Part shown: positions 39,900-53,421 of the stretch, one piece after another
How positions within the stretch are numbered: position 1 is the stretch's first letter
Layout of the letters: the number at the start of each line of letters is the position of its first letter
NCBI RefSeq assembly: GCF_006345805.1
Contig: NC_043015.1
Span: forward strand, 7,006,001 to 7,070,000
Source: Octopus sinensis
Lineage: Eukaryota
Length of the DNA stretch: 64,000 nt
Reading direction: 5' to 3'
Position numbers and translations under genes: made by a program
Notes under the pieces: model-generated
Database searches by the model: none
The model's input: only the letters and a program-made list of their open reading frames with translations
What the model was told of the DNA's origin: nothing

Positions 39900-41094
39900 G
39901 ATATAACGAGTTGACTTCGACATATCTCCGAGGTACTGATACAAATATTAAGCTATAATAATGCTGTGGTGGTTACCATTCCAGAAGGTCACCAATCTAT
40001 GACACAATTTTCTTTGCAGCTTTCACTTCCACCAGCAACAACATATACAGTTCCTCAAATATAAGACCACGTGGCTCTCTACTGCGGTGTAGACATTTAG
40101 TTCCATTCTTCACCAACATTGATTGAACGATTAACCACGTGTACAGTGTGCGTGAGATGCAGAATATCAAGCGGACTGAAACATTAACTCATATGTATGT
40201 ATGTATGCATGTATGTATGTATGCATGTATGAATGGAAGAATGAAGGAATGAAGGAATGAATGATTGCATGCATAGATGGTTATATGCGTGTTTTTGTGT
40301 GAGAGCGTTTGCACTTTTATGCGAAAGCATGAGAGTAGAAAGAAACAGTGATGGATATTTAGAAAGTGATAGAGAGATCGCATTTTAGTCTGCAGTATTG
40401 AAATATATATATATATCATTAATAAAATGTCTCAGTAGTGACCAATGGTCAGTCAAAGTAATTGTATAAACTCTTGAAAATATATTTTTATCATTACCGT
40501 CGATGTCCCAATTAACGATAATTTCGACAATCCAGTGGTCATTATATCAATCCTCTCACTATCACTGTCTCTCATTGTCTGTCTGTCTGTCTGTCTCTCT
40601 CTATCTCTATCTATCTATCTCCCTGTATGTCTAGGTACATTGACATGTACATACATATATATATATGATTTTACATACATACATATATACATAGATACAC
40701 ACATACATAATACATACATCCGTACGTACATACATACATACGTATATAGGCAAAGTAATTGCTTGAGTTTTCGTTTATCCAAGATAGTCATCAAAAGACC
40801 ATCAATCAATCACTTTCATACACTTCCTTTACAGTCCTCCATAGAAGTGAAACATTTAGCTATTAGTAATGTATTCTGCTGACATAGATGCGCGTGTGTG
40901 TGTTTGCATATATGTATGTGTGTGTGTATATAAATACATACACATATACTTACATACATATACAACATACATATATGTATACATTGGGCTGCTACAGAGT
41001 GTCAAGCAATCAAATTCCATGACAGTGATGGAATAAAATAATGATTTTAAATTTTTCACTGGACCAGCAATTTCGGAGCATAGGAAAAAATTCG

Positions 41095-41240
41095 ACTACA
41101 TTGACCCCCAGTTTTCAACTAATACTTATTTTATCGACCCCGAAAGAACAACTTAAAGTCAACCTCAGCTGCATTTGAACTCAGAATATGGAGACGGATG
41201 GAATACCTCCAAGCATTTTGACTGGCGTGCTATCGATCGC
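41095..41240 (-). mobile_element. SINE group A copy
   Basis: cgactacattgacccccag..aatacttattttatcgaccccgaaag..gcatttgaactcagaat. Confidence 0.8.
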
Positions 41241-44039
41241 GTGAGCTCGATGATTTGAAAGAAAATATTGCAATATACCATGCGGTGGATTGAACCTAGA
41301 ACCCCGTCGTTAAAATGGGGAACATGTTCACTTTATAGCCCCAAGGTTGCAGCGATAAATACGGATTTGCAACATATAATTCGTAGCTAGAAATTATGAG
41401 CCATGCATGTAGTCGTTTTATCGATTCCGTACATAATTCATGGAAAGATAAAAGGTAAGTTTTGATCATCACTAATGAAGTTGAACACAGAATATGAAAC
41501 TTGTAACGAGACAAATTAGGACATTCCCTCCGGCCTTTAGCCAGTTTTTCAATGAACTTGCTTGATTTGAATTGATATAGATTTTTCATATTGGCATCTG
41601 AATCTGAAGAAACTATTGTCCTCTGCTTCAAAAAATAGAAATGAATATACATAAATATATATTAGATAGTGGAATAAATGCAAGAAATAAGTCTCAAGAA
41701 GGAAATCAAATATTTTGTCAGAACATTACTTTACAAGCTGAAAAATGTTTTATATCCGAAACGTACATCGCTTATTTCCTCGCCGAATGTTCTTTTCTCG
41801 GCAGTTCAAACTCCATGGATGTAGGGTGGTGCTATTTCATTCACGAGGGATGAAATACATGGAAAGTTGCATTAAAATAGGTCATGTTGGAATGGAAAGT
41901 TAGATAGGCAAAACTGAAACTTTCCAGTATTTGTTCTACTATTTCTGTAAAAATTAAATTTGATAAAGCACTAAAATACTAATCATTATGAAAGAAATAA
42001 TGTTAATCTGTTGTTACATTTAATATTTTCTCTGGAGCATTGCTAGTATAAGTAAAACGAAAGTGTATAACAAAATGCCTTCAAAATAATGTTCAGTTTC
42101 CAGTGGATCTTTCCTGCATTCAAAAGGAAATCTTCCATATTGGTGTGTGGCAAAACACATTTGAAATAATCTGTAAATTTTCACATGTTTAGACTGGTCT
42201 GTGAACGTTGGAATGCGTGCGTATATAAAATATGTGTAAGCATATCTGAGGATGGATGAATGGACGCCTTCCTTGCTTCAATACAAGAATGGTTGTGTTC
42301 ATTTATGAATATATGGAGAAGAGGAGAAGACGTGGCTAAAATATTCTTAGAGAAAATAAGGCAATAAACAATATATAAAATGAATTTGTCGATCTGCTAC
42401 TCGATCTCTTGAAAATACTTTAAGAATCAAGTCTTGACACTGATATGACGAGGAACATGATGTACAAAGAAAAGTGATAATACAATAATAATGATTATTA
42501 TGCTGAAGAAGTAGAAAAGAAGGAGGAGTGATCATCCGTTTATTGGATTCCTTTGCCTTTTGTCTCTTTGATACATCTTTTATGAATGGTAATCCTAGTA
42601 AAATACTTGATTTTTTCTTTCTTTTTACAGTATTTTTCTAAACATTATTCTCATTTGTTGTTCCTATATGTTATTTGTATCATAATTTATAGGATTTTGT
42701 TGTTGTTTTCATTTTTGTAGTTGTAGTGGCATACATGACTTGACAGATAAATCCATACTTTCTATCACAAATTTATTCATACTCACACACACACACACAT
42801 ACATACACACACACACAAACACGTTACATACAATAACACACAAATGCACACACATATATATGCATCATTCTCCCAACAATTATTATAGCCATAGTAAAAC
42901 AAAATATCATTAAATCCATACCTTTTGTAAATCCTGGAGCCATACTGATCGATATTCGTTTCTGTATAGATTTATTTATATATCGATCTTTCATTTCTCT
43001 CCTTTCATATCATTGATTTTTCATCCACATTATACAACGAAAACAGATGGAGACGTTTACATGTATTGCAACACAGGCATAATCCTTGTAATCCATATGT
43101 AGTTCGAAAAATTTCCTTATAACTCATGTTTTGTACCTTATAAAGCTCACAGCTTCTGCAGCTTCTGTCAGCTTTTCAGTAACTTACTCTCGCTACAACT
43201 ACACACTTATAGATATGCATACTAGCTTTGTATACATACATATATGCATACATACATGCACACATTAATATATATATTCACGCACACATATAAATACGCA
43301 CACTCACACACATACACACCCTCACAAGCAATCACAAACACACATATATACATGTAAATATGAATGTATATCTCTATGTCTGTCTGCCTATATATCCTAA
43401 CTTTACCTACTTACCTATCCCCAGCAACATATATGTCTGAAGTTGGCTTTAGATCACGAAATTTTAGTATTTTTTTCATTGAAATAACATTGATTCCAAA
43501 CAACCTGTTGAATTTTATGGTCCCCTGAACCCCTGCGTGGCAAACTAAGTGAACATTCCTATTCTAGTTTCAGAATCCCCCTCGTTCATTGATCATAATT
43601 GAATTGGCCCCTGAATACAATTATACGCCTCTGAATTAACATGTCTCTGGAGGCTTGCATTCCAGAGACATGTGTAAACTTAGTGCAATTAACAATCCGA
43701 GTCAGAAAGCCAAAGCTTCTGTTAAGGTTATATCTTTTGAATTTTAATCTCAATTTATTTGGTGGGCTTCTATACAGCTTCTGTCTACTCAGTCTTACTA
43801 AGCAAATTGTGGTTGGACCTGGGTCTATAGAAAAAGCATTTGAACAATTTTTAACACAGTCTTCGAACCCAAAACTCGTAGGTGTGAAGCGGTCTTCTTC
43901 ACTTTTCGGCCATACCTACCTACCTACCTACATACATACATACATACCTACATACACAAATGTGTGTATGCGTGTTTGTGTGTGCGTACGTGGGCGTGTT
44001 TGTGTATGTGTGTATGAATTTATTTGCAACTATATATTA

Positions 44040-44250
44040 AAGCCGCATCTTCAAGAAAGCATGCAATGGCGGCCTTAAATCAATAGAAGATGGTGGACAA
44101 CTCATCACATTACTGAAACTAGCCCAGAACATAATTTACCCCTGCAGTTTCTGTGGCCTCGCCTTCCTGTGACGTAATGGCTTATCTGCCTCTAAAGAGT
44201 TCTGCAATCGATGCAGACACTACCATTCAAGAAAATTCGTTCGCAATGCC
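44040..44250 (+). mobile_element. Possible RTE-type LINE 3' end with a decayed C2H2 finger
   Basis: Reads YPCSFCGLAFL*RNGLSA from 44137, then a short UTR and an (ATAC)n tail. Confidence 0.4.
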
Positions 44251-44269
44251 AACCTATAATATACATACA

Positions 44270-44710
44270 TATATACATGATGGCTGCCCCCTCGTTAATG
44301 AGTATGGCCATTGCACGAAGCTTAACTGTTACTGGTGCTGTGATCGAATGTGACTTTTTAGCTCTGCTAAAGATCTACAATGTCTTGTACAGAATTAGAA
44401 ACTAAAACCGTTACCGGTAATAGCCGTCTGTAGTTGTAACTGGGCTTCGTGTACCTTTGCATGTCGTTTAAGTCCTCCTGCCAAATTACACTCTCTTCCA
44501 CATGTCTGACAGATATGATTAGTATGGTGTGTAGCACCACTATCAGTGGCCAGGTTGTCACTCATCTGTCTCGCTTTATGACTACGAAGATGACTCTTGA
44601 GTCCAGCTTTACTGAGGCAGGGTCTTGCACATACACTACATGTCAGCATTAGAGAAAGACCCTTCCCATCTAGAAGTGTAACAGCGATAACCTTCCTGAC
44701 ATCCCTCCTT
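44270..44710 (-). mobile_element. RTE-type LINE 3' end with three tandem C2H2 zinc fingers
   Basis: CSVCARPCLSKAGLKSHLRSH (44640-44578), CQTCGRECNLAGGLKRHAKVH (44511-44449) and F*FCTRHCRSLAELKSHIRSH (ending 44338), then a short 3' UTR ending gggggcagccatcat and a microsatellite tail. Confidence 0.7.
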
Positions 44711-45589
44711 ACTTTCTCATGCGCAACATATATACATAAATGCATACATACACACATGTATTATCTAGGCGTATATGTGTGTATGTATATATTTGTGTAT
44801 GATCGTGCATGCATATTCGTCTGTATGCGTGAATGTACGTATATACACAAATATGTGTATATTCAAGACTTTTACTTCTACCTGGTTTTGTAGCTTGTGT
44901 CATATATTTGGGTTACAGAAATATTTAATCTGCAGCAATAGCGGTATATCATGTTTGCTCTATTTGTGGTTCTTCTTTCAAGTAACAATCAATTTGTAAT
45001 TAACCTTTTTGTATACACCTATTTAATGTGAATGTCTATGTAAATTATAAATCCACTGCAACTAATAATTCCAAATGTCGTACTTCTAAAAGCCTTAAAT
45101 ATCAATACATAAAAAAAATGAACCTTCTAGAAAATTCAATAGAATTATCTGAATATCCATTTCATAGATAAATTTTACTTAACTTCTGGCAAAAACAGTT
45201 TTGAATACGTTCCATTTACCACAGCTTGCTACTGTTGACATTCAACGCTATCTTCAATACTAAACCTTCAAACTTCAATTAATATGTCTCCACAATACTT
45301 TGAAACCATTTTCTTCCTTTCAATTACCATAATTGGCAATTCCCTCGTTTTTGATATACAATGTCATATCGAGATACTCTTTAATTTCTTCAAAGTTTCA
45401 AACGATTATTCACTAGTTTGTTTAGACTTCCTTCCACGGTAACATCGCTGCATGTATTTATATTATTTCTATCAAAATTTCCTGCTATGTGGATACCCTG
45501 TATATAATACCTATACAATCTTCTTTTGATCAATACTAATATCCTCCTCTCCTATCACTTAACAATATATCCCGTATACACCCTCTAGC

Positions 45590-45890
45590 ACACATACATA
45601 TGTATGTATATACATACATTTATATATTTATATATATATATACATATATATATATACAGATAGATAGATAGATAGATATAAATATATATATATAGATAGA
45701 TATAAATATATAGATAGACAGACAGACAGATAGATAATACATAGATACATAGACAGACAGACAGACAGATAGATAGATAGATAATACATACATACATACA
45801 CAGACAGACAAATAGATAGATATATAGATAGATAGGTAGGTAGATAGATGGGTAGATAGATAGGTAGATAGATAGGTGCACACACACACA
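45590..45890. repeat. (TA)n/(GATA)n/(GACA)n microsatellite
   Basis: Direct reading. Confidence 0.9.
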
Positions 45891-48400
45891 GTCATATATA
45901 CGTATGTATGCATTATGCATGTATCGGCAATGTATTTTGCAGACACGAGAAGCATTTGAAAGGCGAAAAGAGTATATATATGCACTCTGTATCAGTTGCA
46001 ATAAATATCTTATTATTTTTCTTTATTGAATTGTTTTTCAAGTTGTTGCTATTTACTTAAAACAGCAATATTTATTACTATGTGTATGTTTGTGCGCCTA
46101 TAATGCATACTTGTATATACGCATATCACACACACACACACACACACAAGCACACACACACAAGCACACACAGAAACATATACAAATATATATATATGTA
46201 TGTACGTATATGTGTGTATTGCGTGTATCTGTGAGTTATTTTGATGTGAAATGTTGCGTATACTATCCATTTCACGTACGCATCTGATTATTGTACGGTT
46301 GATTGTAAATTAGGATAATTTTCTTTGAAAGGATCTTGGGTATTATGAACGTGCTCAGTAATAATAATCAACGTATTTCACCTCATCCAATAGATAATCA
46401 GTCCATAATTAAATTTCTTACAGCCATGATTGAAACGCAAGTGTATCAAATTGCAGTTTTACTGCATTTCTAATTGTTTTACTTTTTAGTGACTTTTCAT
46501 ATGGTGAACATCATTGGGAGTTAACGAGCCAAGAAATGCAATTAGTGTTTGCATATTATTTTTCATCTGTTGCATAAACTTGGGATGATTTTTAAACCTC
46601 ACGTACATAAATCATTTCAGATAATTTACATGGTTGGTGCATTTCATGAGATTTTAATACGACCATTAAGTTTTTGTGTGTGAGAGAGTGTGTGTGTGAC
46701 TTTTAATTAAATGAGCACGAAAAATTTAAAAAAAGATATAACATAATACAAACAATTATAAAAAAAAATCATCCAAAATAATCTGTGTATTCATGAAACC
46801 ATATTAATTCCCATTAACGTGTTAATACTTTTAAAGTTTAAAATCAATGTAAGAGAATAATTTGCCACATTAATAATAGCTGCTGTATGCTATTTCTATC
46901 CAATCTACAAAAATTAAATTCAAAATATAGAAAAGTAATTATTTTGAAATTAACTAAATAGTAATTTATTGTGAAATATATGAGATATATTTTTTAAAGC
47001 GTTCATATTTTTATACAAACTAGAAAACAAATTAATGATAATATTCCAAAAAAGAAATCGTATAGCTAATAGATATAAACTTTAAAACAGAAAGGTGGAG
47101 AGGCAAGAGTTATGCAAGATAGAAAAAAAAAATAACCGAAAGAAAGAGGATTTAGAATTTTGCTTGAAACCTCAAACGCGTTTGGTTATTATGGATGAGA
47201 AGACTTTATAATGAGTATAAACCGTTATAATGTGGCATTCAATATGTTTCGCTTTCAAAGGAGGCTCTTTTAAATTGGTGCATTGTATCAAATTAAATAA
47301 CTATATCAAATTGTTTTCATTTTAGCTTTTAATTTTTGATGTGAAGAAATAAAGAAAAAATTAAATTTTATAGGAAAAAAAAGAAAAAAAAATGGATGCA
47401 AAGCTACATTAATAATTAAGCTTAAAATATTGTAATTGAAATGGTCGATGTTGTTTTCATTAAGCATTTAAAAAAAAAACGATTGAAATATTTTATTTAC
47501 TGCAAAAAATATAAACATACCATTTAATACGGTGATGATACGAAATCGTGCTATTTATTAATGAGTGGACAAAACAATGTTATCCAAACTACAACAAAAT
47601 GAAACCATAGATTTTATTCAAACGTAGCTTGGTGAAGACCGTTGTTGTTGTCGACAGTGTTTCTGTTGTTGTTGTTGTTTAGTGCCATGTTAAACAAAAT
47701 TTAGCAGACACATATGCATACGGGAAATACAGTCGTGACTTTCCCGTATTTTTCCCCACTAAAAGACAAAACACATTCTTCATCCTGTTCCTTCTAAGGT
47801 GTTAGGGTGTAATCTGAGAGATATATGCCTGGTATTTCTGGCCCTCGACTACTTGATAACACCGTAAGAGCACCGTCTTGATCCTAACATATCACACATC
47901 TTATTAATTTTAAAAACTATTTAAGCTATCCCTCACCATAGCCAACTTATTTCAGATGAGAACGTTAAAGATTAAAAGGGTTCGTGTGAAAGAAAAGGGA
48001 GCAAATAGAGAGTCAGATAGAAAGAAAAAGTGAATGAGAGACGACGACCGTTTCCAGTACAAGACTGGTACCTTATTTATTGACATCGGATTTTGAACTC
48101 ACAACATAGAGAGCCAGGATAATTACCGCGATGATATCCATCCGTCATTCTAACGATTTTAAGAATCACCACTGTATATCATGTTGACTATTCTTTGTTA
48201 AGTTATATGTTGTCTCTGTTAAAGGATATTCCATATGTGACCAGTCTGCCAAGATTCAGCATGGTCGAAAGCTTCTTCCTATTCTTTTTCAAGAAACTGA
48301 AGATTAGGCCGTTATTTCTAATAACTATAGTGATCATCTAGACGCCCATACGTGACTGCAATTCTCTATATTTTTCAGTGGTGGTGGTGGTGAGGTAATG

Positions 48401-48655
48401 TTAAACTTTCACGCTTTTATCAAATTCATTAACACCAGTCCATAACGGTGGAGTGACAGAGTCTTTAGACTGTTGCAATGGATGCCTTAAAGTATCTGTG
48501 CCAGTTGAGCGAGTTTTGGCAGCGGTAGCGTTTGTTTCCCACTGTTTTTGCCTTTGTCTTTCTCTTGAATGCCAGCGCTGGCCTAAAGCAGAGAGATTTG
48601 CTTGCATGGCAACAGTTTGTCTTTGTCTACTGTATATTAAGATGCCATGTTGAAC
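48401..48655 (-). CDS. Candidate terminal exon, unknown product
   Basis: Acceptor-like ttttcacgacacag, then an 84-codon open frame VQHGILIYSRQRQTVAMQANLSALGQRW...EFDKSVKV*. Balanced composition; no recognised domain. Confidence 0.15.
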   Translation of the reverse strand, partial: VQHGILIYSRQRQTVAMQANLSALGQRWHSRERQRQKQWETNATAAKTRSTGTDTLRHPLQQSKDSVTPPLWTGVNEFDKSVKV

Positions 48656-48694
48656 CTGTGTCGTGAAAAGGATATTTCCGTATTCTTACCAGAT

Positions 48695-49198
48695 ATATAA
48701 TGAAATTATTGTATATAGTGCTCAGATGCACCACAACTTGTCAAAACTGCGTATAAAGCATATGCAGTAATGTACAAATGTCTGGAAAGTGAATAGTGTA
48801 TGAGGCAGATACATGCTTGCGTGTATATGGAGGGGAGAAAATCAGGTGTAGTGTTGGCGAATCTCAGGAAGCATGGAAGTTTTAAAGGATGCAGTGCTCC
48901 GACAACTAACAACAGATGCCGGCAGTTTGTTACATGCTTCGGCAACTCTTAGCATGAAAAAATGTTTCTGAAAGTCATGGGAGCTGTGCTGTTTTCTGAC
49001 TTTATAAACATGTCCACGGGAGTTAGACAGGTGGAGTTTGAAAAGGTGCTCAGATTTATTGTTTGAAAGATGGTTAATAATTTTATGGGTGTTTGCCAAG
49101 TCAGCTGCGAAACATCGGAGTTTCAATGTATCCATGCCCAGGGAAATAAGGCGTTCAGAATATGGCAAATGCCTGATAGAATATGGCAAATGCCTGAT
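48695..49198 (-). mobile_element. 5'-truncated CR1 LINE (ORF2 C-terminus plus 3' UTR)
   Basis: Reads IRHLPYSERLISLGMDTLKLR..ADL..THKII..SRGHVYKVRKQHSSHDFQKHFFMLRVAEACNKLPASVV, the classic CR1 Y.ERL..L / TRGH..K / FF..RV...WN.LP tail, followed by a UTR ending tgagcactatatacaataatttcatt. Confidence 0.9.
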
Positions 49199-49624
49199 CT
49201 AAGGATACTCCGAATCATTACTGTTTAAAGAGAACTGTTTTACGAGAGGAAATAGTGCCCCTATGATTCACCACTTGCTTAGTGATTTTCATTTTACTTC
49301 CAAGATATGATTCGTTACATCAGCTCCGAGACACAATTTTTTACAGTAATATATGTACTAAAGCATATATAAAATTTAAAATCCTCTCTAATACAACATC
49401 ATCACTATCTAATATTTATACTCGATCACAATTCTGGCAGATTTGATAACTGAGGAAGTTAGAAAAATAAGGACCATTAAGAGAGTAAAACATGTGAATT
49501 TGCTGTGATGAGTGCAGAGCCTAATTTTTCAGGTCTAGTCCACTGAATAAATTAAAATACAGAAACAGAAAATGCGCATTGTCTTTTAAACTGAATCCAC
49601 ATAAAGGTATACAATATATAAGCA

Positions 49625-49765
49625 GTTTAAATGCTGTCGGGGTCGGATTTGCTTTCATTATTTCGGGGTCTATAAATTAAGTACCAGTTGAACAATGGGG
49701 TCAATGTAATCGACTTACCCCCTCACTCAAAATTGCAGGCCTTGTGCCAAAATTTGAAATCAATG
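49625..49765 (+). mobile_element. SINE group A 3' part
   Basis: tttcggggtctataaattaagtaccagttgaacaatggggtcaatgtaatcgacttacc..ggccttgtgccaaaatttgaaa. Confidence 0.8.
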
Positions 49766-50894
49766 TATAAGTAGTTAAATGTGAAGCCTTCGTCCTTAAG
49801 TCCACTCTGACAGGAAACATGATTGTCTCATTTAGAGACGTTACAAATTCACTGATGTCTAGGATCATATATAAAATTATGATTTATGTTGTTGAAAATA
49901 CTCTATCCTTAATGCATTTCGAGATATCCATATGCATAATCGTTGTGAAGTACGGCAGAACAGTATAAATCCGTGTTGTAAATATTGCCGTTGCTCTCTT
50001 ATTGATAAGTGTGTGTACTTAACGGAAAAGATTCTTGCAATATTAGGATGTTATGAATCATCCAATCTGAATCCTATTTCGTATGTTTCAGATACAATGT
50101 TTCCCTTAATCACATTGTTCTATATTTATTCAGTATTTATTCAAAATAGAATGCAAATCATTGTATGATATATCACATAATATCACGCTCTGTATGTTTT
50201 ACCATAATATCAGATGTTATTATTTTATGTTATATGTTTATTGTATTAAACATATTTTTAAATATATTATTTGTTTCAAACATTCTCGGGGATATGCCTA
50301 ATATTATGGAAAATTATTTTATAATATGATAATAATCATTACCGTTTCATTCTTACCATTATACATTATTATTGATAACTAGACTGTGACAGTGTATTGG
50401 CAAAATAAGGAAAACGTAAGATAGACTGTCCATATAGAAACGTCCACGAACGTTTGATTGCAAATACTGTCTCAATAAACTTTGCATTTTCTCCCTCTGT
50501 AATCGATACACTAAACTACTACCAGTCAAGTACTATGCTAATTTACTAACTGGTTATCCTCCGTTAAAATATCAGCCTTGCGCTAAGGTTAGAAATAATT
50601 CTTGGTAGCTAAACTACGATTTGATTATGTAATGGTTAAAGGAGAAGGGCGCATACTCAAAATCAAAGATTTGTGAGATAGAAACATATAATGGTCAGAT
50701 CGAAATTTTATAAGTCGTTGATGCGAGAAAGAAAGTAAAATAAAAACTCAGACAGTGTAGAAATTTAAAGATCAGTTTCGGTGAGAATGTGGTTAGTGAG
50801 AAAGAGACGGCGTGATGAGATATAGATGGAAATTATTGCTTGGGTAAGCGAAAAATACGTTCAGAAGAGCAGAAATCATATTAGTAAATATGTG

Positions 50895-50988
<94 letters not shown>

Positions 50989-52094
50989 AAGTATGTATGT
51001 ATGTATGTATGTATGTATGTATATATACACCTACTGATATTGCAGAAAACGAAGTAGAATACTTCTCTTTATTCTACATGGCAATAAAATTAAATGAATC
51101 GAATGAATTCTACCCTTACCCCAATATTTAATTAAAGAAGGTTCGGAACTAATAAATGGTGAAAATGTCTTCAATATATATATACACCATTGACACTATC
51201 AGATTATAATCCTTCTTTTCATAGCAGTATGTTACGTTTGTATACATTTATATAATAAATAAAAACACATTTTAGAAAATTCTTATGTTTGATTTTTAAT
51301 TTTATCTCCAGGAAATAGTTTATAGATCAATTTAGAAGTCAGCGAATTGAAGTCACTATATGATTAAATGCTTTCAATCAAATCTACAGGAAATATAATA
51401 TTACGTAAAGTATTCCTGGGAGAAATATACATAATCTATGACAAGAATGGTTTCTCTCCTTTAGCAGTAATTCTTTTAACCCCTCTTTTACAAAAAGGAC
51501 TATAGTGTTCATGAATATATAACATTTCCAATATTCCTTGAATTTTATTATATTTAAGATAATTTTTAATGCAGTTACCAATTGAAAGGCAACATACAGC
51601 TCATACACAGATAAAAAATTTTAAGACGAACCCCCAGGAAAATATCAACATGATATTGTTTGTACTGCTATATTTGTGTGGTGTGTGTTTATGGGCCTCT
51701 CTGTGTGTACATGTGTGTGCGTCCGTTTTCTATGCGTCTATCTATCTATCTATCTATCTATCTATGTTTCATATTCATTATATATATATATATTGGTGTG
51801 GCTTCAGAAGGCAAAGAAGCAGCCTTAAAATATAAAGAGTTTAAAAGTCAACCTTTAAGTGCGATATGTGGAACATCTTAAGTGAGAATCACGATTGAAG
51901 AAATACACCGTGGTGGCTTACTTCGCTCATATTTATCGACTACAAATTATTAACACAAAGTAGGAAAAAAATATGTACTGCCTTAAGAAAGAGTATATTG
52001 CAATTTCTGGTGTGCTTTGAAGTCATGAAGTGAAAGTTAGCAAAAATACAAACACAAACGATAAATGATCGTAGCATGAAGCAAACCTCAGAAA

Positions 52095-52165
52095 CCACCA
52101 CCACTACCAGCAGCACCACCACCACCAACAACAACAGCTTCTGCGTCTAATACTACTACTACTAC

Positions 52166-52198
<33 letters not shown>

Positions 52199-52370
52199 CA
52201 ATAATAATGAGAAGAAGCAGAAGAATCAAACGACTAAAGATAATAATAATAATAAAAATAATGAGAAAAATAATAATAATAATAATGATAATAATAATAA
52301 TATTAATAATAATAATAATAATAATAATAGTAATATTAATAATAATAATAAAAATGATAAATAACGCCAA
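52095..52370. repeat. (ACC)/(ACT)/(AAT)n trinucleotide microsatellite
   Basis: Direct reading; explains the poly-Ile ORF. Confidence 0.95.
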
Positions 52371-52540
52371 AACGAATAATTGAAAATAAGAAAATAATTT
52401 AAGGAATATCAAAATAAATAAATAAACATATACACATGTGCCCGCTACGCAAACACACATGACTCTGCATATTTAGGGTTATGTTTTTGCGAAAGCGTGT
52501 GTGTGGATGCATACAAGTATATGCGCATAAATATACATGT

Positions 52541-52615
<75 letters not shown>

Positions 52616-53421
52616 TTGTGCGTGTTGCTGTTTCTGCGCACAATTTAATATCCGATGATTATCAATATATTTCTACGTTTAAGCTTTAAAGGCAGCGTTA
52701 TTCTATTTTTTAAAAAATCAATATGTTGGAGAAGAGCGTGTATTTTAGCCTCAAATTTCCTGCAAATCTGCTTTTTCATGATATGAAGATGAAAAATGGC
52801 GCACATGAGAGAGTGTGTGTATGTGTGTGTATGCATGTACGTATAAGCTCGACACAAATATCGAGCAGAGCCAAAGGGGTGACTCACTGGTTTATTGGTC
52901 CGCACTGGCTTTAGCAGTAGCTCTTCTGCGTCCATCGTCAATTCACTCGAGATTTATAAAATAGGATTTTAAATGGCCTATTTGTAATGTGTTAAATATT
53001 TAGATTAAATATCGAATGAAAGCAAGTACTTGCAAGTACTTCATTTATATATTTAAAACAATCGTTTGATGCACGTTGTCGCATCATAATCATCTTTCTC
53101 TAATGTCCATAAACACTTCGTAAATTAACATGCAACAGGGCACGGGTTTCTTCATATAATCAGTTAGGAACGCAAACCATATGAAACGTTGAAAACTACG
53201 GGCCTATCTTAAAGGCGGAACGAATGCTATATAAATGGTGTATGGCATTAAATCTTTATACTATGTGTAATTTACATCTTGCAACACCTGTACATAATCT
53301 TAAATGCATCCAGATTTGCGACAAAACTCGGCTTTTTGAGAGATAAGTCTGCGGAATGAATCTATATGACAAACGATGGGACCAAACATTATATCAAAAT
53401 GCAGCGATTCTATTCAAGAAT

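Noticed and set aside
45230-45480. Weak RT-like words on the minus strand (QAVVNGTYS, KYCGD)
   Set aside because: The motifs are out of order and too short to assign to a LINE.
47718-47749. 10 bp stem hairpin atacgggaaa / tttcccgtat
   Set aside because: Short and isolated; not distinguishable from chance without family or expression data.
52104-52460. Poly-Ile 'transmembrane' ORF, and the poly-Val/Leu ORFs at 2309-2617
   Set aside because: Trinucleotide microsatellite translations.
52880-52898. AP-1 site (TGACTCA) next to a CCAAT box (ATTGG)
   Set aside because: Short motifs like these are expected by chance in 64 kb, and there is no linked transcription start or gene.
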